Source: Leucoraja erinacea
Taxonomy: Eukaryota
Assembly: GCF_028641065.1 (NCBI RefSeq)
Contig: NC_073416.1
Span: forward strand, 7,688,001-7,752,000
Direction: 5' to 3'
Length of the DNA stretch: 64,000 nucleotides
Shown here: positions 12,726-26,154 of the stretch, in pieces
Position numbering within the stretch: the stretch's first letter is position 1
How the letters are laid out: each line of letters begins with the position of its first letter
The notes under the pieces: generated by a model
Told to the model about the DNA's origin: nothing
The model's input: the letters and a program-made list of their open reading frames with translations, nothing else
Databases searched by the model: none
Program-made: the position numbers and the translations under genes

Positions 12726-12886
12726 CTGTGATATCATAGACTTTCCCATCCATCATAGCAAAGTAGGTGATTTTCAATCCCAGCATGCTTGATTCTGCCC
12801 AGAAGTCTCCAGCCTCCACAGGGTGCCTCTTGTTACATTCGGCACAGTACCGAGCGGCCTGAGGGTCACGGTCCATCTCAAACCTC
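12726..12886 (-). CDS. DNAJC14: DNAJC14 coding exon 4 (Jiv domain)
   Basis: [53 protein letters not shown]; tgcag acceptor, GTACG donor; 161 nt. Confidence 0.95.
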
Positions 12887-13633
12887 CTGCAAATAACCGT
12901 CACACTTCATTGTTACACACAAGTAGATAAGGAAACATAGTTCCAAAAAGACGATTTGAGATTAGACCCTGATGTGGACTTGTCTGGGAATTATTCCTTA
13001 AACGGTCATGCATGAATCTTCTGCAGCTTTCAGAGTGTTGCGGAGAGCAAGGAAATACATTGTGCAGACTCGATGGGAGCAAAGCTATTTTGGGAATGGA
13101 GAGGGGCAGGACAACCAGCCTGAACAGAGTTACAAGCAGGTGCACTAGAGCAGCTAATAGTATCCAGAGGAGTGACAAGGAATTGCAGATGCTGGTTTAC
13201 AAAGTGCTGGAGCAACTGAACAGGTCTGGCAGCAACTGTGGAGAACAGGGATGTATCAGGTCTGAAGAAGGGTCCTGACACAAAACATTGTCCATCCATG
13301 TTCTTCAGAGATGGTGCCTGACCCACTGAGTTACTCCAGCATGCTGCGTCTTTTTTTCTCCCTCCTCTCTCTAAACTAAACTTGGATGGATACATTTGAC
13401 TGAGCACAGTTAAATCATTCCTATGTTGGAAATATGTTCCATTGTAATTGAATGAAGAACCTGACAACTGTTAAATTCTATTCTAAGAGTTGACTCCAGG
13501 GAGAAGAGGTGGGGTTGAGCGGGGAGGGGTGGAGGAGAGGGAAAACCCGATCAGGGAGACTAAAAACAAAATGAAAATCACCCAGCTATAACACTTATTT
13601 TAACAGATTAGCAAAAGATAAATGAGCACAAAC

Positions 13634-13753
13634 TTGTGTTTTCCTTCACATTTACTGCACATCATCGTGTTCATGGCCTCCTTCAGGTCATCCTGGAGTT
13701 TGGTAAGAAACTCATTCATGGATCGGTGTAACTCACTCTCTGCAGCCCGTTTG
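13634..13753 (-). CDS. DNAJC14: DNAJC14 coding exon 3
   Basis: KRAAESELHRSMNEFLTKLQDDLKEAMNTMMCSKCEGKH; tttag acceptor, weak GTTTGT donor; 120 nt keeps phase 2-2. Confidence 0.92.
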
Positions 13754-15065
13754 CTAAAAACAAAAGAAAAATAATTGGTATTATCTGGAAAGAAATCAAG
13801 AGCAGAAAGTGGTTGAGAAAAGTAAACTTGGATTCTGCAATTGCTCAGAAAAGGAAGACAATACAAACCTCTCACAAGAAGATTCGAAATTCAGCCACGA
13901 TAAAATGAAAAACATATACAAAAGCCTTTGCATTTACGCAGCACCTCTTTACATTTGGAGGTGTGCAGACACTGTCTCAGAGGCAAACGCGGCAGCAAGT
14001 TTGCGCATAGCAAGATCCTGCAAATAGCAAATGACTAGGATAGTCAGCTTGGCTGAAGGACAAGTGGTAGCCACAACACGGGAGAATTCCCCTGCTCTTC
14101 AAATTGTGCCATGAGATCTCTTCTGCCCATTTGAGCAGGAAATCAAAGTCTCCGTTTGGAGACCAAGTAAACAAAGCAACCAATCATCTCAAGGTTGTTC
14201 TTGCACAGCACCAACAGCAAAGTATAGAACACAAAATAACATCTCATGCTTTCTCCATGCCACACTCTCCCTATGTTAAATCTATTCACATCATTGTCTC
14301 TTTCAACTAGGATCAATCAAAAATACTTTTAAAGTCTGGAAAGGCAATCTGCCACAAAAAAAAAGATTAAAAGACAATAGAGAAAGGTAAACCTAGAGTT
14401 AATTAGAGCTAATTAGAGTATTAGAGCTAATATTATTCTGAGTTGCAAAATAATACTTTACCTGTCAAGTCGTAAGAAAGTGGGAAATTATGAACGTGCA
14501 TGTTTTGATGGATTTTTGTGCTGAGCAATAGTATATTGTCAGTGCCAAGTAACAGGAAACTTTTTTTGCGTCCAGTTTCAACATCAAGCAGTTCCAAAGC
14601 AATTTTATAGCTTCTCTCTGTGAGACTGACATGTCACTATTAATTGATGTGAATTTTACAGGCAGTTTTGCGATGTAGGATTAGGAACTCAATCAAACCT
14701 GCCAAGACTCAGTACACTTGGGAATTCTGTAGCCGACAGAGAGGAGAATTTCATTCCATTGGCCTGGACCGCACTCCAAACCAAGTTGAAATAGCAATAT
14801 TCTTAAACGTTAGCTGCAGGGAGCTTTCTTAAACATTAAACTTGCTGACATGTTTAAGCAGAGTTTCGCTCCCCAACTCAAAACGGCAATCTTTGAAATG
14901 GACAATTATAAAGAGTAATCAAATTTAAGCAGCTCAAAACATGCTAAAATACTTTTGATATCACAAATAGAAGTTAAACTAACATATTCAAAACAATGGA
15001 GCCTGCAAAGATAAAGATCACAGGTCACATGATGTATCTGGAATGCAGCACTGAATTTTGCTTAC

Positions 15066-15172
15066 ATTTCATATTCCTTCCTCCTCTCAGGATTGCTCAC
15101 AATATCCCACGCTGCTCGCACCACCTTAAAAGCTTCCTCCGATCGAGGGTGTTGGTTTTTATCAGGGTGAAC
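15066..15172 (-). CDS. DNAJC14: DNAJC14 coding exon 2 (J-domain HPD motif)
   Basis: VHPDKNQHPRSEEAFKVVRAAWDIVSNPERRKEYE; ttgcag acceptor, GTAAG donor; 107 nt. Confidence 0.95.
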
Positions 15173-16419
15173 CTGCAATCACAATGGGGCGATTACTTTA
15201 AAAGAGAAAGGCTTTGAATTGATGTGTTTTGTTCAACTACTGCTGGTGATAGTTCACATGAAGATATATCAGTCTTCATTTTAAAAAAAATGTTTAACTA
15301 AGAGCTCACGCTGCAACTTGGGCAATAAATGAGTAAAATCAAACTTTACCCCAAGATGATGGGGCTTGGGTAACAGCATTTTGGTAGAAGCAGCTTTACT
15401 CACTGCTGTGTGTTATGGCTCATTTTATGCAGTGGGATACCACAACTCACTTCAGCACCCAACACCTTTGAGTGAGAAACCAGAAGCTGGGGGCGGAGTG
15501 GTGAAAGAAAAAAAATGAAAGTACTCAGCAGGGATTTACTGTCATGACTATTGCTTAGTCTCCCAAGGTTAGATGTCTGCACCAAACGGGGGTGGGGGGG
15601 ACATGATTAAGTTCTGATGTGACATCTAAACAGTCTGCTGACACCATCTTGGCTCAAAAATGAAGACTGTTACTATTCCTTCTCATGATTTTATGGTCAG
15701 CAGAAGTTGACCTGTTGAGGGAATTATTTAGAAGGAAGCAAAGATCCAAACAGTCAACTGCCGTATGTATTGAAGTGAAATAGTGAGATTCAACTAAATA
15801 CTGTTTGCAGAAGGACAAATCTGCCGAGTTACACCTATGCATTTTATGTACAGAAGCCTTGCTAACCCACAGAACAGAGGCGAGCACTTGAACAAATGAG
15901 GAAGAAATAAGGAGAACTCTGAAAATGGTGAAAGGAGTCTGCAAAGTGAAAGTTGCACAATTCATGCAGAAATCAGGCAACAGCTCAGGCGTTAATCTTC
16001 TTTCAAAACATTAAAGCCTGTATATTTGATACTTCCTGATGGGATGTTGCTAGCTGCATAACAAAGATTGCCTATGTGTATATCGGAAAAACACATAATG
16101 CTTCATGTGACAGGGATCTTTATCTAGGTTAGTTCTTAATGAGTATCCGTTGACGTCCACAAAGATTAAGAACAATTCTTAATGTTGTTTAGCAATCTGT
16201 GGGAGAACAAAAATTACAGATGAACTTACTCTGTGGAAAGCGACGTTATTTTATATATGTCAATATTTCACACAGTGCCTTCAGGCAGATGTTTTGATAG
16301 TCTATCCCAGTTTGATGTTATGACTTTACTAATAATTGGGCAAGGTGCTGCAAAAGACTGGGTACAAATAGCATGGGTGACTTCAAAGATCCTTTCTTGG
16401 TTCATTAGCTGTACAACTC

Positions 16420-16800
16420 CTTAGTTTACATTCAAGCCCAGCTCCAGAGACTTGGACCACAACCCAAGCTAAAGCTTTCAACATCCTCATTACTGCACTA
16501 GAGATGCCGTCCTTAGGATGAGACACTGAACTATGATCCCATCTACCTTTTCAGGTCGACATCAAAGATCCCATGACACTACTGGAAGAGCAGGGGAGTT
16601 CTCTGGTCTCTTACCCAAGTTCCATCCCTCAACCAATATATAAAGTAAATCAGCATGCTGCTGTTCGTCAGATCACTTTGTGCGCAAATTAGCCGCTGCA
16701 TTTCCATTCATGACAAAGTTAGCTGCAGATCTTATTTCATTGGCGACAGTCCTTTAAACTGCTCTGGGGCAGAGAGAGATTGCAACAATGTATAAAATCT
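16420..16800 (+). mobile_element. Deu-domain SINE (SacSINE1/AmnSINE-like)
   Basis: ctccagagacttg...gatgccgtccttaggatgagac...aaagatcccatgacacta...gaagagcaggggagttctc...tgtgcgcaaattagccgc resembles the Deu-SINE consensus. Confidence 0.65.
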
Positions 16801-17334
16801 TCCTCACATTTCCTCATTTGTTGTGTATTTTGCTTGCCTCTACTGTTGTTTTCAAATAAACTTAACGCTGCAATTACAATAAATGTGCTGTCAGAGAGGA
16901 GTGACCCTTTCCAGTGATGGATTCCTCTTTACAGTCACAAGATTCCACAATTTCTGCTCACATTCAGAACTTAAATGATGTAGCGTTAACTTTCCAGAAT
17001 TGCAAATGGAGCAAGTGACCCCCCCCCCCCCCCCCCAGATACCTACTCACAAGAGAAGAGCACAACACTAACAATTTAGTGTCCAATCGGAGCAAAGGAA
17101 CAAAACTAAACTGTTCCCATGTCTTATTCTAAACCCCTCCCACTGTGTCACCTTGCCGGACTGCCTTGGACCTTAAATTAGCACCAGAGGTCAAAAACAG
17201 AATTGAGCATAACACTGGAGCAGCTGAGCAAGAGCAGACAACAATGCCACAGGCCTGCTCTGCTGTCGCAGCTGGAAAAGCTTTCCTGGTGGAAGTGCCG
17301 TGACCCACTGTGAGTGTACATATGCAGAAAACCA

Positions 17335-17866
17335 GCCACCTTACTTCGCTGAACACCTTTGCTCAGTCAGCCTGGACCGACCTGATCTCCTGGCAGCTAA
17401 ACAATTTAATTCCCCTTCCCATTCCCACACTGATCTTTCTGTCCTCGGTCTCCGACAGTGTCAAAGTGAGGCTAAACGCAACTTGGAGGAACAGCATCTC
17501 ATATTTTGCTTGGGCAGCTTACAGCCCAGTGGGATTGATTTATTTAACTTTAAGTAAACCTAGCATTCCCTCTCTCTCCATCCCTCCCCCACCCAAGTCG
17601 CACCAGCTTCTCATTTTCACCCAACAAACAGTTAACAATGGCCTGTTTCCCTTATCATCGTTACTTTTTTTGCATATCTTTCATTCATTGTTCTTTATCT
17701 CTCTACATCATCGTCTATATCTCACATTTCCCTTTCCTCTGACTAGTCTGAAGATCTTGACCCGAAATGTCACCTATTCCTTCTTTCCAGAGATGCTGTC
17801 TGTCCCGCTGAGATATTCCAGTGTCAATCTTTGGTTTAAACCAGCATCTGCAGTTCTTTCTTACAC
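17335..17866 (+). mobile_element. Penelope-like element 3' fragment (GIY-YIG C-terminal part plus terminal repeat)
   Basis: FAEHLCSV...PDLLAAKQFNSPSHSHTDLSVLGL...KRNLEEQHLIFCLGSLQPSG resembles the end of the PLE GIY-YIG endonuclease. It is followed by the tctgaaga...gacccgaaatgtcacc...ccagcatctgcagttc repeat found throughout the window. Confidence 0.8.
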
Positions 17867-20800
17867 CTTACTTTTAACCTCGAGCTGCAGCAGAAAATTC
17901 TAATCTTCGAACGTTGTTATAGGATCCTCTATAAATACTCGCTGGGTACCTTGAACAATAGCAAATGTGCTGCTGAGACACATTATAGTGAGCTGGTAGA
18001 AGCTGAATTAATTGATTACTCATGCCAGACATCATGTAAGGGCAGCACAAAAAGATTCTCCAGCATCTGCAGTTCCCTCTTAAACATCATGTAAGGGCAG
18101 TTGCCACGATTCTCACTATAAACGAATAAAATACATCTGTTTTCTTTGGAAGCCACACATCATTTCATGGGACAGGATCTAGCTGTTGTCAAGTTTGCAT
18201 CAGTAACTTGCTACTGATCAGCACCTAGCCAATTCAACTCCCTTCTGCACGCATGCTATGAAAAAGATACAATCGCAATTTGTCACAAATATACTTTATA
18301 TCCCATATGCTTAATAAAATCTTTCCCTCTCTCACACATATACATAAAGCATTTTCAGAAAAAAGGTATATTACTATTTATTGTATGCCACGCACAGAAC
18401 TGACTTAGAAGACAATATCTACACTTCTCGGGTTTCTCTCTACGATGGTCGCCGACAAGAATGGAAAATATAATCACACGAGGAAAAGCACTAAAGGAGG
18501 GAGGGGAGTAATAGAGCACTGGGGAAAGAAACAAACTGCGTTAAAGGACAAGCTGATTATTATTACAGATGATTTAAAAAATAAATATAAATCAACTTCA
18601 CAAAACATGCAGAACTAATTTTACAAAAGAACCTGGACATGAACAGGGAAAGCAGGGAGCTGCATTCACCACACTGCTGCATCCCAGACCAACATTGCTG
18701 CGGGCTGGAAAAGACCTATAATCTGGGTGCAGCAATCTCAAGCTGCAACCTAATCCTAGCATCCAGTCAGCCTGCTCAAAGCCTCGTGAGTAGATTGCAG
18801 AAGCATAATATGTACGAGAATGCTGTATTGGAGTTGCATTTTGTTTCTTCAAATGTTAGTGCAAGTGTTCAGAAGAGTGTGTGCTTTACGATGGTCTAAT
18901 ATGCAGAGAATGCTGACAGGAAGGTTTTGATTTTAAAAGACAACTCTAGTTAAAACCTGATAAACCATTGCTGCAATAATGTAAAATTAGCTGAAACATC
19001 AAAAGCAAAAGTCCACCATCAAAATCACCAGAAAGGTGTGATAGCGGGTGTGAAAACAAAACTGCTCAGCTTATTTAATATTTTGAAACAGTAAAGAACC
19101 ATTGACCCAGAATTGCTGAGAAGACAGAGCTCAATGCTCTTGGCATCACTAGTGAGTAATTGCCTCAGTAACATGTGGTAATTGAGGGCTACCCAGTAAA
19201 TTGCGAACTGCCACGTTGCTGAACTATTTGCTTTGCTCCACCTTGCAAAAACAGCCACTGATTGCCATTCTTCAAATATGTTTCAAGGTATTTGCTGCAT
19301 TTGCGCCGGTAAAACAAACAGAATTTATTGCAAAATCTACGATGCAAGCACCTTGTGAGATTTATCTTCTTGCAAACACAAATTCTTTTCAACCCAGAGA
19401 GAAAAGAACTAAAATTGGATTATCATTCCTGCAGGCAGTAAACTGTTTCCAGGTTTTGTTTTTAATTTAAATGCAAATCTTTTATTTTTCTCAGACAATC
19501 AAAACTGCAGATGCTAGAAATTTAAAATAAAATCAGTAAATGTTGGAAATAGTCAGCAGATTAGGCCACGTTTGTGGGAAGAGAAAGTTCAGGTCGAAGA
19601 CTTCACCTGTTAAAGGGTCCTTGACGTGAAATGTCAGCTCTTTTACTTTCCCTGTCTCTTTTCAATTTCTTTTAATCTATACATTCCGCACTTCTCTTTT
19701 TGCACTTAATTTGAAACTAATTCCCCCATTTCCTTCACCATTATACCTATTAAATCTTATGCTAAGAAATCAGTCTGCTTGTTCTGTCATTCACTAAGGT
19801 CCCCGATGCCCCATTATCCTTGTCAAGCAGTTATCAGTAAACATTTCCAGCAATTTGCAACGTAAAATAGTAAGTTGCAAGGGTGAAAGAAAAAATCTAA
19901 CAAATGAGGCACATCACCAGATGCTCAGGCCCACTAAATTCTAGGCCATTACACTGCAATTCAAAGCAAAATGCATCATTAAGTGTTGTTTTGTGGATTA
20001 ATGTCTTTTACCCACACATAAATAATGTGTTTCAATAGAACACACTAAATATTCACAGAACATTGGCTTGAATTGTCCTATTTATCACTTACTACTCTAC
20101 AACAGCACAGTAAGTGGTTGGAGTTTTGAGATTTGACAGGAAATGCCCCATCAGTTTTTCTGCTATCTTTCAGATCCCAGTCACGACTGCAGAGTCAGTT
20201 TAGAGCAACGCCTAAAACACCACACTGCCTACCTCTCGCCAAGGAACCCAAGACTCTGTGACAGCACAGTGAACATCAAATTCAGTGTTCCTGTGTGAAT
20301 AGGAAGTGAAAACAGGCACTTTCCAGCTAGATGTCCAGTTTGCCATTTGCTTCTGATAGGCCTCGAGAGATGCTTATGCTTTAAACAACACCAGATGCAC
20401 TTAGAGTTGTTGCTACATAGGGGGTGTTAGCACACTGAAGACTGGAGCAATTCCCATAGGTTTAGAAAATAAAGATTGTTAAATCACAGCATAAGGGAAA
20501 CAATGTTTGTAATTATGTGTACAAAATATGTTATCAGGCAAAAAATGAGCACCAACAAAACAATTTGCTCGGATGCCAGGTCCCAATCATTACCAACCAA
20601 ACTCCTTCTGGAAACACATAAATGTAACCACCAGATAGAGGTTGAAAGCCCTTTGACTTCACTGCCACTGTCAATAAACTAGAGGTTCAATGGCACAGAA
20701 GGAATACATGTGTAAAGGCATTTATTTAAGGGGAAGGAGGGGGTGGGGGGGGGGGGGGGGGGGGGGGGGAGGGGAGGGGTACTAAAAATAACAAAATTGA

Positions 20801-20918
20801 GACATTTTGTACTGTCATTCTCAATTAGAACATTAGTTAAGGTAACTAGCTCAATAGAAATAACTGAATGAGACAGTTGTACTTTGTCTTTAATGAAATG
20901 TTTTTACACAGAACTTAC

Positions 20919-22757
20919 CAGCACGGCCAACTGCCGATAAGCCTTTTTCAGCTCGGCATCAGTGGCCGTTACCTCCACGCCTAGAACTTTAAAAGGATCC
21001 AGCTCCTCCTCTGGTACATCAGCCATTGCCAACAGCCGGTCAACCTCGTGATCTGGCTGGTACCTATTAGCACTAGGAGACTGGGGCGAAGGAGGCGAAG
21101 AAGGAGACTGGCCCGCAGTCCGCCATTTAGCAGTTAGCCACAATCTCATTTTCAATTTTTCCCACAGTCTTTTCAAATAATTCCAAGTTCTAGATTCTTC
21201 TATGGTGGAGCACAAGTAGTGCAGAAAACAAACAGTTACCGTGTGGGGAAAGTTTTCTTGGCCCCTGGTGGGTAACCTCTGAAAAATCATGAAAACACCA
21301 GACTTTGCATATTTGTAGCCAAGTCGTAAGCATCCTATAAATAACATTAGTACTAGAAAAAGCAGAGCAAGCAGCATTTTTAAAAACTTTAGAGTCATCT
21401 TCATCAAGGAAAGGCAAAACCTCCTCAGCTTCTCTGACCCCAACTTTGCCTGCTTAAGAAGCCACATGCTTGAGGTCCTTGCACTGCCCTTTAAGGAATT
21501 AAAATCCTCTTTTTGTATCTGGCAACATGAATACACAAATTTGCCGCCCATCTCCACGTACTCCCCACACTTGTGGGTCACAAAAAGAATGACGTCCATT
21601 ACAATTTTGATGTAGGTTACACATCTCCAAAGCAGCTCCTCGGTTTGTTTCTGGATTCCAAACTTGAATCTATCCCGGTTTTCGGTATGCTGCCGCTTCC
21701 TCTCAGCCTTCGAGTGCCTTTGTTTATTAATGGAAGACTTGCTATTTTTCTTTGCGTGCTCCCTCGCATCCTCTTTATCGTAGGCGTTTGAAGAGTTCTC
21801 TTTTGTCACCGATTTGTTTCTTTGCCTTTTGCTGCTTTTTCTGTTGGCCAGCTTCACCGGCTGCGTGACATCTTCCGTCACCTTTATGTGGCTTTCGGCC
21901 GTACTGTCATGTTCATTGAATTCATCACATTTGTCCATTCCATCTTCTTGTGAAACATTGGCAGAATGAATGCAGTCCAAGTTGTCAAGAAATGACAGAT
22001 TGTCATCCGTGCTGAATGGGAAGTTGTGGTCTCCGTAGCTTCGGGATTCAAAACACCCGTCCAAAAACATCCGAGTACCTGCGGGACTTTCCAACAGAGG
22101 AATGGATGATCGGCACCCATCCTCCTGCGAGTCATTCTCAGTCACACCGTCGCGATTGGTTATTGCATCGGAAAGAGAGTACGGCTTATCACTACTGGAC
22201 AACTCAGTCTCTCGGTTTTGAAGGTTACATCCCTCACATGATGTGCCGGAACAATAAAGAGGTGACAGTTTCCCTGTAAAACCCAGCTGTCCACAGGGGA
22301 AGCTCAGTCCTTCCATATCCAACGTCTTCAGCTCCTCGTCTAAACGTTGATCTGAATATGGTTCTTTGTGGTCAAAGCACTTCACGTCACCGAGAGACCA
22401 ATCTGACAAGGGCGGACTCTTCCCTGTCTCAGTATTTCTCCCAGGTTGTTGGCTTGCTCTTGACCAGGTCTGATGACGATGCGATGTGTCGACATGTTCA
22501 GAAATATACAGATCTGAGTCGATGTTGTCACGTTGTGCACGACAGGAATAACTTGGAAAAGCATCCGTTTTTTCATCATGAGGAGAAATGGCAACTGGCC
22601 GATTTATCTGGGCAAACTGACAATGGCTGTGATGGAGCAGTTGGGATGTAACTCGCGGCTCTTCCTCCTCCTCCTCCTCCTCCTCATTCCAGTGGGTTTT
22701 GTTTCTTTCTGACCACTGCAAATCACCTCTCCTACCATAGTGATCCTTTCCCTCCAT
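20919..22757 (-). CDS. DNAJC14: DNAJC14 large coding exon 1 (613 codons; disordered N-terminus, hydrophobic segment, start of J-domain)
   Basis: Ends EVDRLLAMADVPEEELDPFKVLGVEVTATDAELKKAYRQLAVL before a GTAAGT donor. ATG in ACAATGG context with in-frame stops upstream; acceptor ttgcag at 22806. Total CDS 2538 nt = 845 aa. Confidence 0.93.
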
Positions 22758-23077
22758 TGTAGCTGAATCTCAAGTTACTGGTAATCATGTTTGGTCCATC
22801 TTCACCTGCAATCAACAAGATATAATCAGTTTTTAATTCTTCAATTGAAGTAAATACATATAGATATTCAAATCTTGCAACAATGACATGGTAATAATTA
22901 ATAAAAGCCACCTCACAAATCAATACATTGCATCTATGCACAGTTATTTCCACAGTTATCTACACATACATAAATAACCTACCTGCCTTAATGCAAGTCA
23001 TGAATAACATTACAGACACACATCTCTATAAATAACTTCACACCTGCAGATACCGAACAAAAAAAGAGCGTGAGGAA

Positions 23078-23447
23078 CTGAAGGATCCCAATCCAAAATG
23101 TCGCCTATCCATGTCCTCCAGAGATGCTGCCTGACCCAATAGACACTAGACAATAGGTGCAAGAGAAGGCCATTCAACCCTTCCAGCCAGCATCGCCATT
23201 CAATATGATCATGGCTGATCATCCCCAATCAGTACCCCGTTCTCCCAATATCCCCTGACTCCGCTATTTTTAAGAGCCCTATCTAGTTCTCTCTTGAAAG
23301 CATCCAGAGGACCGGCCTCCACTGCCCTCTGAGGCAGAGAATTCCACACTCACCACTCTCTGTGAGAAAAAGTGTTTCCTCGTCTCCGTTCTAAATGACT
23401 TACTCCTTATTCTTACCCACCGAGTTACTCCAGCACTTGGTGTCTTT
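23078..23447. mobile_element. PLE terminal repeat (+) interrupted by a CR1 3' fragment (-)
   Basis: gatgctgcctgACCCA|CR1 tail about 23140-23415|ACCCAccgagttactccagc; the PLE repeat resumes after the insertion. Confidence 0.65.
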
Positions 23448-23639
23448 TTTTATTCACGCCTTACGCTTGTTTACAATCATTATATTATAATGAAGACTGG
23501 AGGCTGCAATTACGACTCCAGATTAATTATTCACTCAGAGAGAAACGTAACAGTATCCAGGCCAACCAATGCTTTCTTACCCATCTCACGACAATTCCCT
23601 CAATTTTCTTCTTATCTATAGTGAGAACATGTGTTAATA

Positions 23640-23805
23640 AGCCATAAAGACGTTAAGTTCCGGGATCAGTCTCTCAGCCTCTGAGTGAAAAATGAATGAC
23701 GGGATGGTGGTATCACTGGAACTGTCTCTCAGCACAGCTGAGCACATTCGTTTTTCACTCTCAGAGGCCGAGAGACTGATCCCGGAACTTAACATCTTTA
23801 TGGCT
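23640..23805. mobile_element. Fold-back MITE-like element, about 60-bp inverted arms
   Basis: AGCCATAAAGACGTTAAGTTCCGGGATCAGTCTCTC... (23640-23698) is the reverse complement of 23745-23805 with 3 mismatches and a 2-nt indel. Confidence 0.75.
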
Positions 23806-24207
23806 ACGGGCTGCAATGAAGTTGCTTATTAACACACAATACACAAGAGGTCAGAATTTAAAACACACACACAAATTAAGTTTGGATTGTGCAAGAAAAT
23901 ATCAAATTAGAACGTGCCTTTCCTCTAACTTTTCCAACTGTTTGTTTTTCTTATACCAGGCCAAGATGTACAACTGGGATTGGAAGCTACAACACTGGGG
24001 AGATTTTTTTAAACTAGGTCTCATTGCAGTTCGCATGTAGACAATGAATCCTGGAGAATGCCAGGAAAATATTTCACCAGTGAACGTGTGGCCTGATAAA
24101 TTAATTTGCTGCCATTAATTTAACAATTTAAAAAGGATGCAAAATGGTATATGATGGATAACAGCTCCATATCTTAGAAAAAACAACCAAATTGATGAAA
24201 TGGTGAA

Positions 24208-24962
24208 CTAGGTAAATTGTCAGTATGTTGTTAGATTTATTCCCATTTTAGTGTTGAGAATATCTTCCAAGACATGGATTCTGGAATTGATCCTGTGGAC
24301 TAGGGGATAGAAAATGTGATCCCCCAGAGGGCAGAGAAGAGGAGCGGGCAGAGGACAGGAGGACAGGAGGAGCAGGCAGAGGAGAGGGCGAGAGGGGCGG
24401 GCAGGGAGAGCGCATGAATTCTAAGAAGAGAAGAATTAGATTCAAATTGGCTTGGAGGAAGGAGTCTCGGATGGTGGTGAAGGGGTGTTTTCCGATAGGA
24501 GGGCCCACTCCCCCACTAAACACAATGTTTAAATAACATTTCTCCTCCACCCCTCCCACACTCTCCTTACAACAATGTAACAAATGCTTCATTGCACTGG
24601 GTGGAACACTGTTGACGGGCAGTTTATGTAAATGAGACCCCATTGTGATGTCATATGCTGCTATCTGCCAGTGGAACATGGCTGAGGGGCAGTTGATGTA
24701 AATGAGATCCTATTGTGACATCATAGCTGCTAACCGCCAGTGCAGATGAAATTTTTTTTTTGAAAGTGGCGTTTTTTGTAAAGTAAAAAATGTGAATAAC
24801 TTGTAACGTATAACATCAATCTGAACGAAAGTTGATACAGGGCACCACAGGACAATTGTGAGTAAGGTGGTCCAAAAATGGTAGCGCTATTATGTACCGT
24901 TTTGGTGTAATTCAGGGCATGACTCACAAACAAACAAGATGAGAGTTTTAGTAATATATAGA
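24208..24962 (-). mobile_element. Possible non-autonomous Helitron-like element
   Basis: Minus strand starts TCTATATATTACTAAAACTCTC followed by (TTTG)n; candidate CTAG end near 24208; internal duplicated ccattgtgaYRtcata blocks. 3' boundary uncertain. Confidence 0.35.
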
Positions 24963-26154
24963 CAAACCAAATAGGACTAGCCCAATATGTCAACATGACC
25001 GGCATGGGAATATGGGGAGAATAAAAACATGTGATTAATGTAAAATTAGTATTGATGGTGGTTGATGGACAGCACAGACACTGGGCAGAAGGGCCTGTTT
25101 CAGTGCTGTATCTCTCTGTGACTCCATGTGATCAGCCGTAGTATGCACCCTGCCACTCCTATTGAACTTGGCTAATGAAGCAGGGGTGCTGAATCAGAGC
25201 TCTCAATGGTCTGTGGCTTTAATTTCTTCACACAAGTTGTGGTTCTTTGGCATTTTCCACCTTACAAGGTGCGAATGCACAGTGGTTAACCGTATTTAAG
25301 CTTGAGATTTATTTTGGCACAAAAGGAAATTGGGCATTGGGAGAGAAAACAAAAGTATAGGATGACATTGAATGGTAGTCAAGGGACTGCAAAGCTTACA
25401 ATAGCTTTAGTTTATGTTCTTAACGTGCCACGGTGTATTTAATTGCCGACCACTGCATTAATGGTGTGCATTAGTACCTCAGTGCACAGGATGAATTTCC
25501 AGGAACAAGAATGTTAATGAAATCAGCACAAACGAGTCATTATGTATACAGAGGCATGTTACCGATAATGCTCCGACACCTGGAAATTTCTTCAGCTTCT
25601 CTTGGTGCCACCACAGGTACATTTCTCAACCAAGTCAATTCACGGCCCATTTCAGCCTTGACGCCACAATATAGACCAACATTTCAGTGGTGCATGGCAG
25701 AAACAGTATCTTTCAGATAACATATTAAATCAAAGTGGAGATACAAAATATCTCAAAACCACTGGTTAAAGAGCAGGAGAGATTTTCCAGTACCCTGATC
25801 AATATTTACCATTCAAACAAGAACACTGTAAAATGTTATTTTCTTGCGCACAACTTGGATGTTGTGATTCCTGAATAATTATAGTGGCATCTCTATTCAA
25901 ATCTGAATATGGGTTTTGACCAAAAACGTTACCTATCTATGTTCTCCAGAGATGTTCCCTGACCTGCTGAGTTACTCCAGCATTTTGTGATCTTTTGTGG
26001 CATTGCTAAAGTTTGCATGTACTCTACTATGGCCATCCTGCAGATCACAGATTTCCTATAGTTTTCTTGGCCTTCCCATCCAAACACTCACAGTAAACAC
26101 ACTCTGTACTTTAAAAAAGGCATCCACTCAGGCTGCACATTGTTGTGCTGGGAA

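Noticed and set aside
12726-13753. Pestivirus-like (Jiv) sequence as an endogenous viral element
   Set aside because: These are spliced exons of cellular DNAJC14, the source that pestiviruses captured.
17310-17903. 197-aa + strand ORF
   Set aside because: Alternative frame over a Penelope fragment and its terminal repeat; no independent protein signal.
22758-22799. N-terminal extension of DNAJC14 by stop read-through or selenocysteine from the in-frame ATG at 22799
   Set aside because: Two in-frame TGA codons intervene and no SECIS was recognised.
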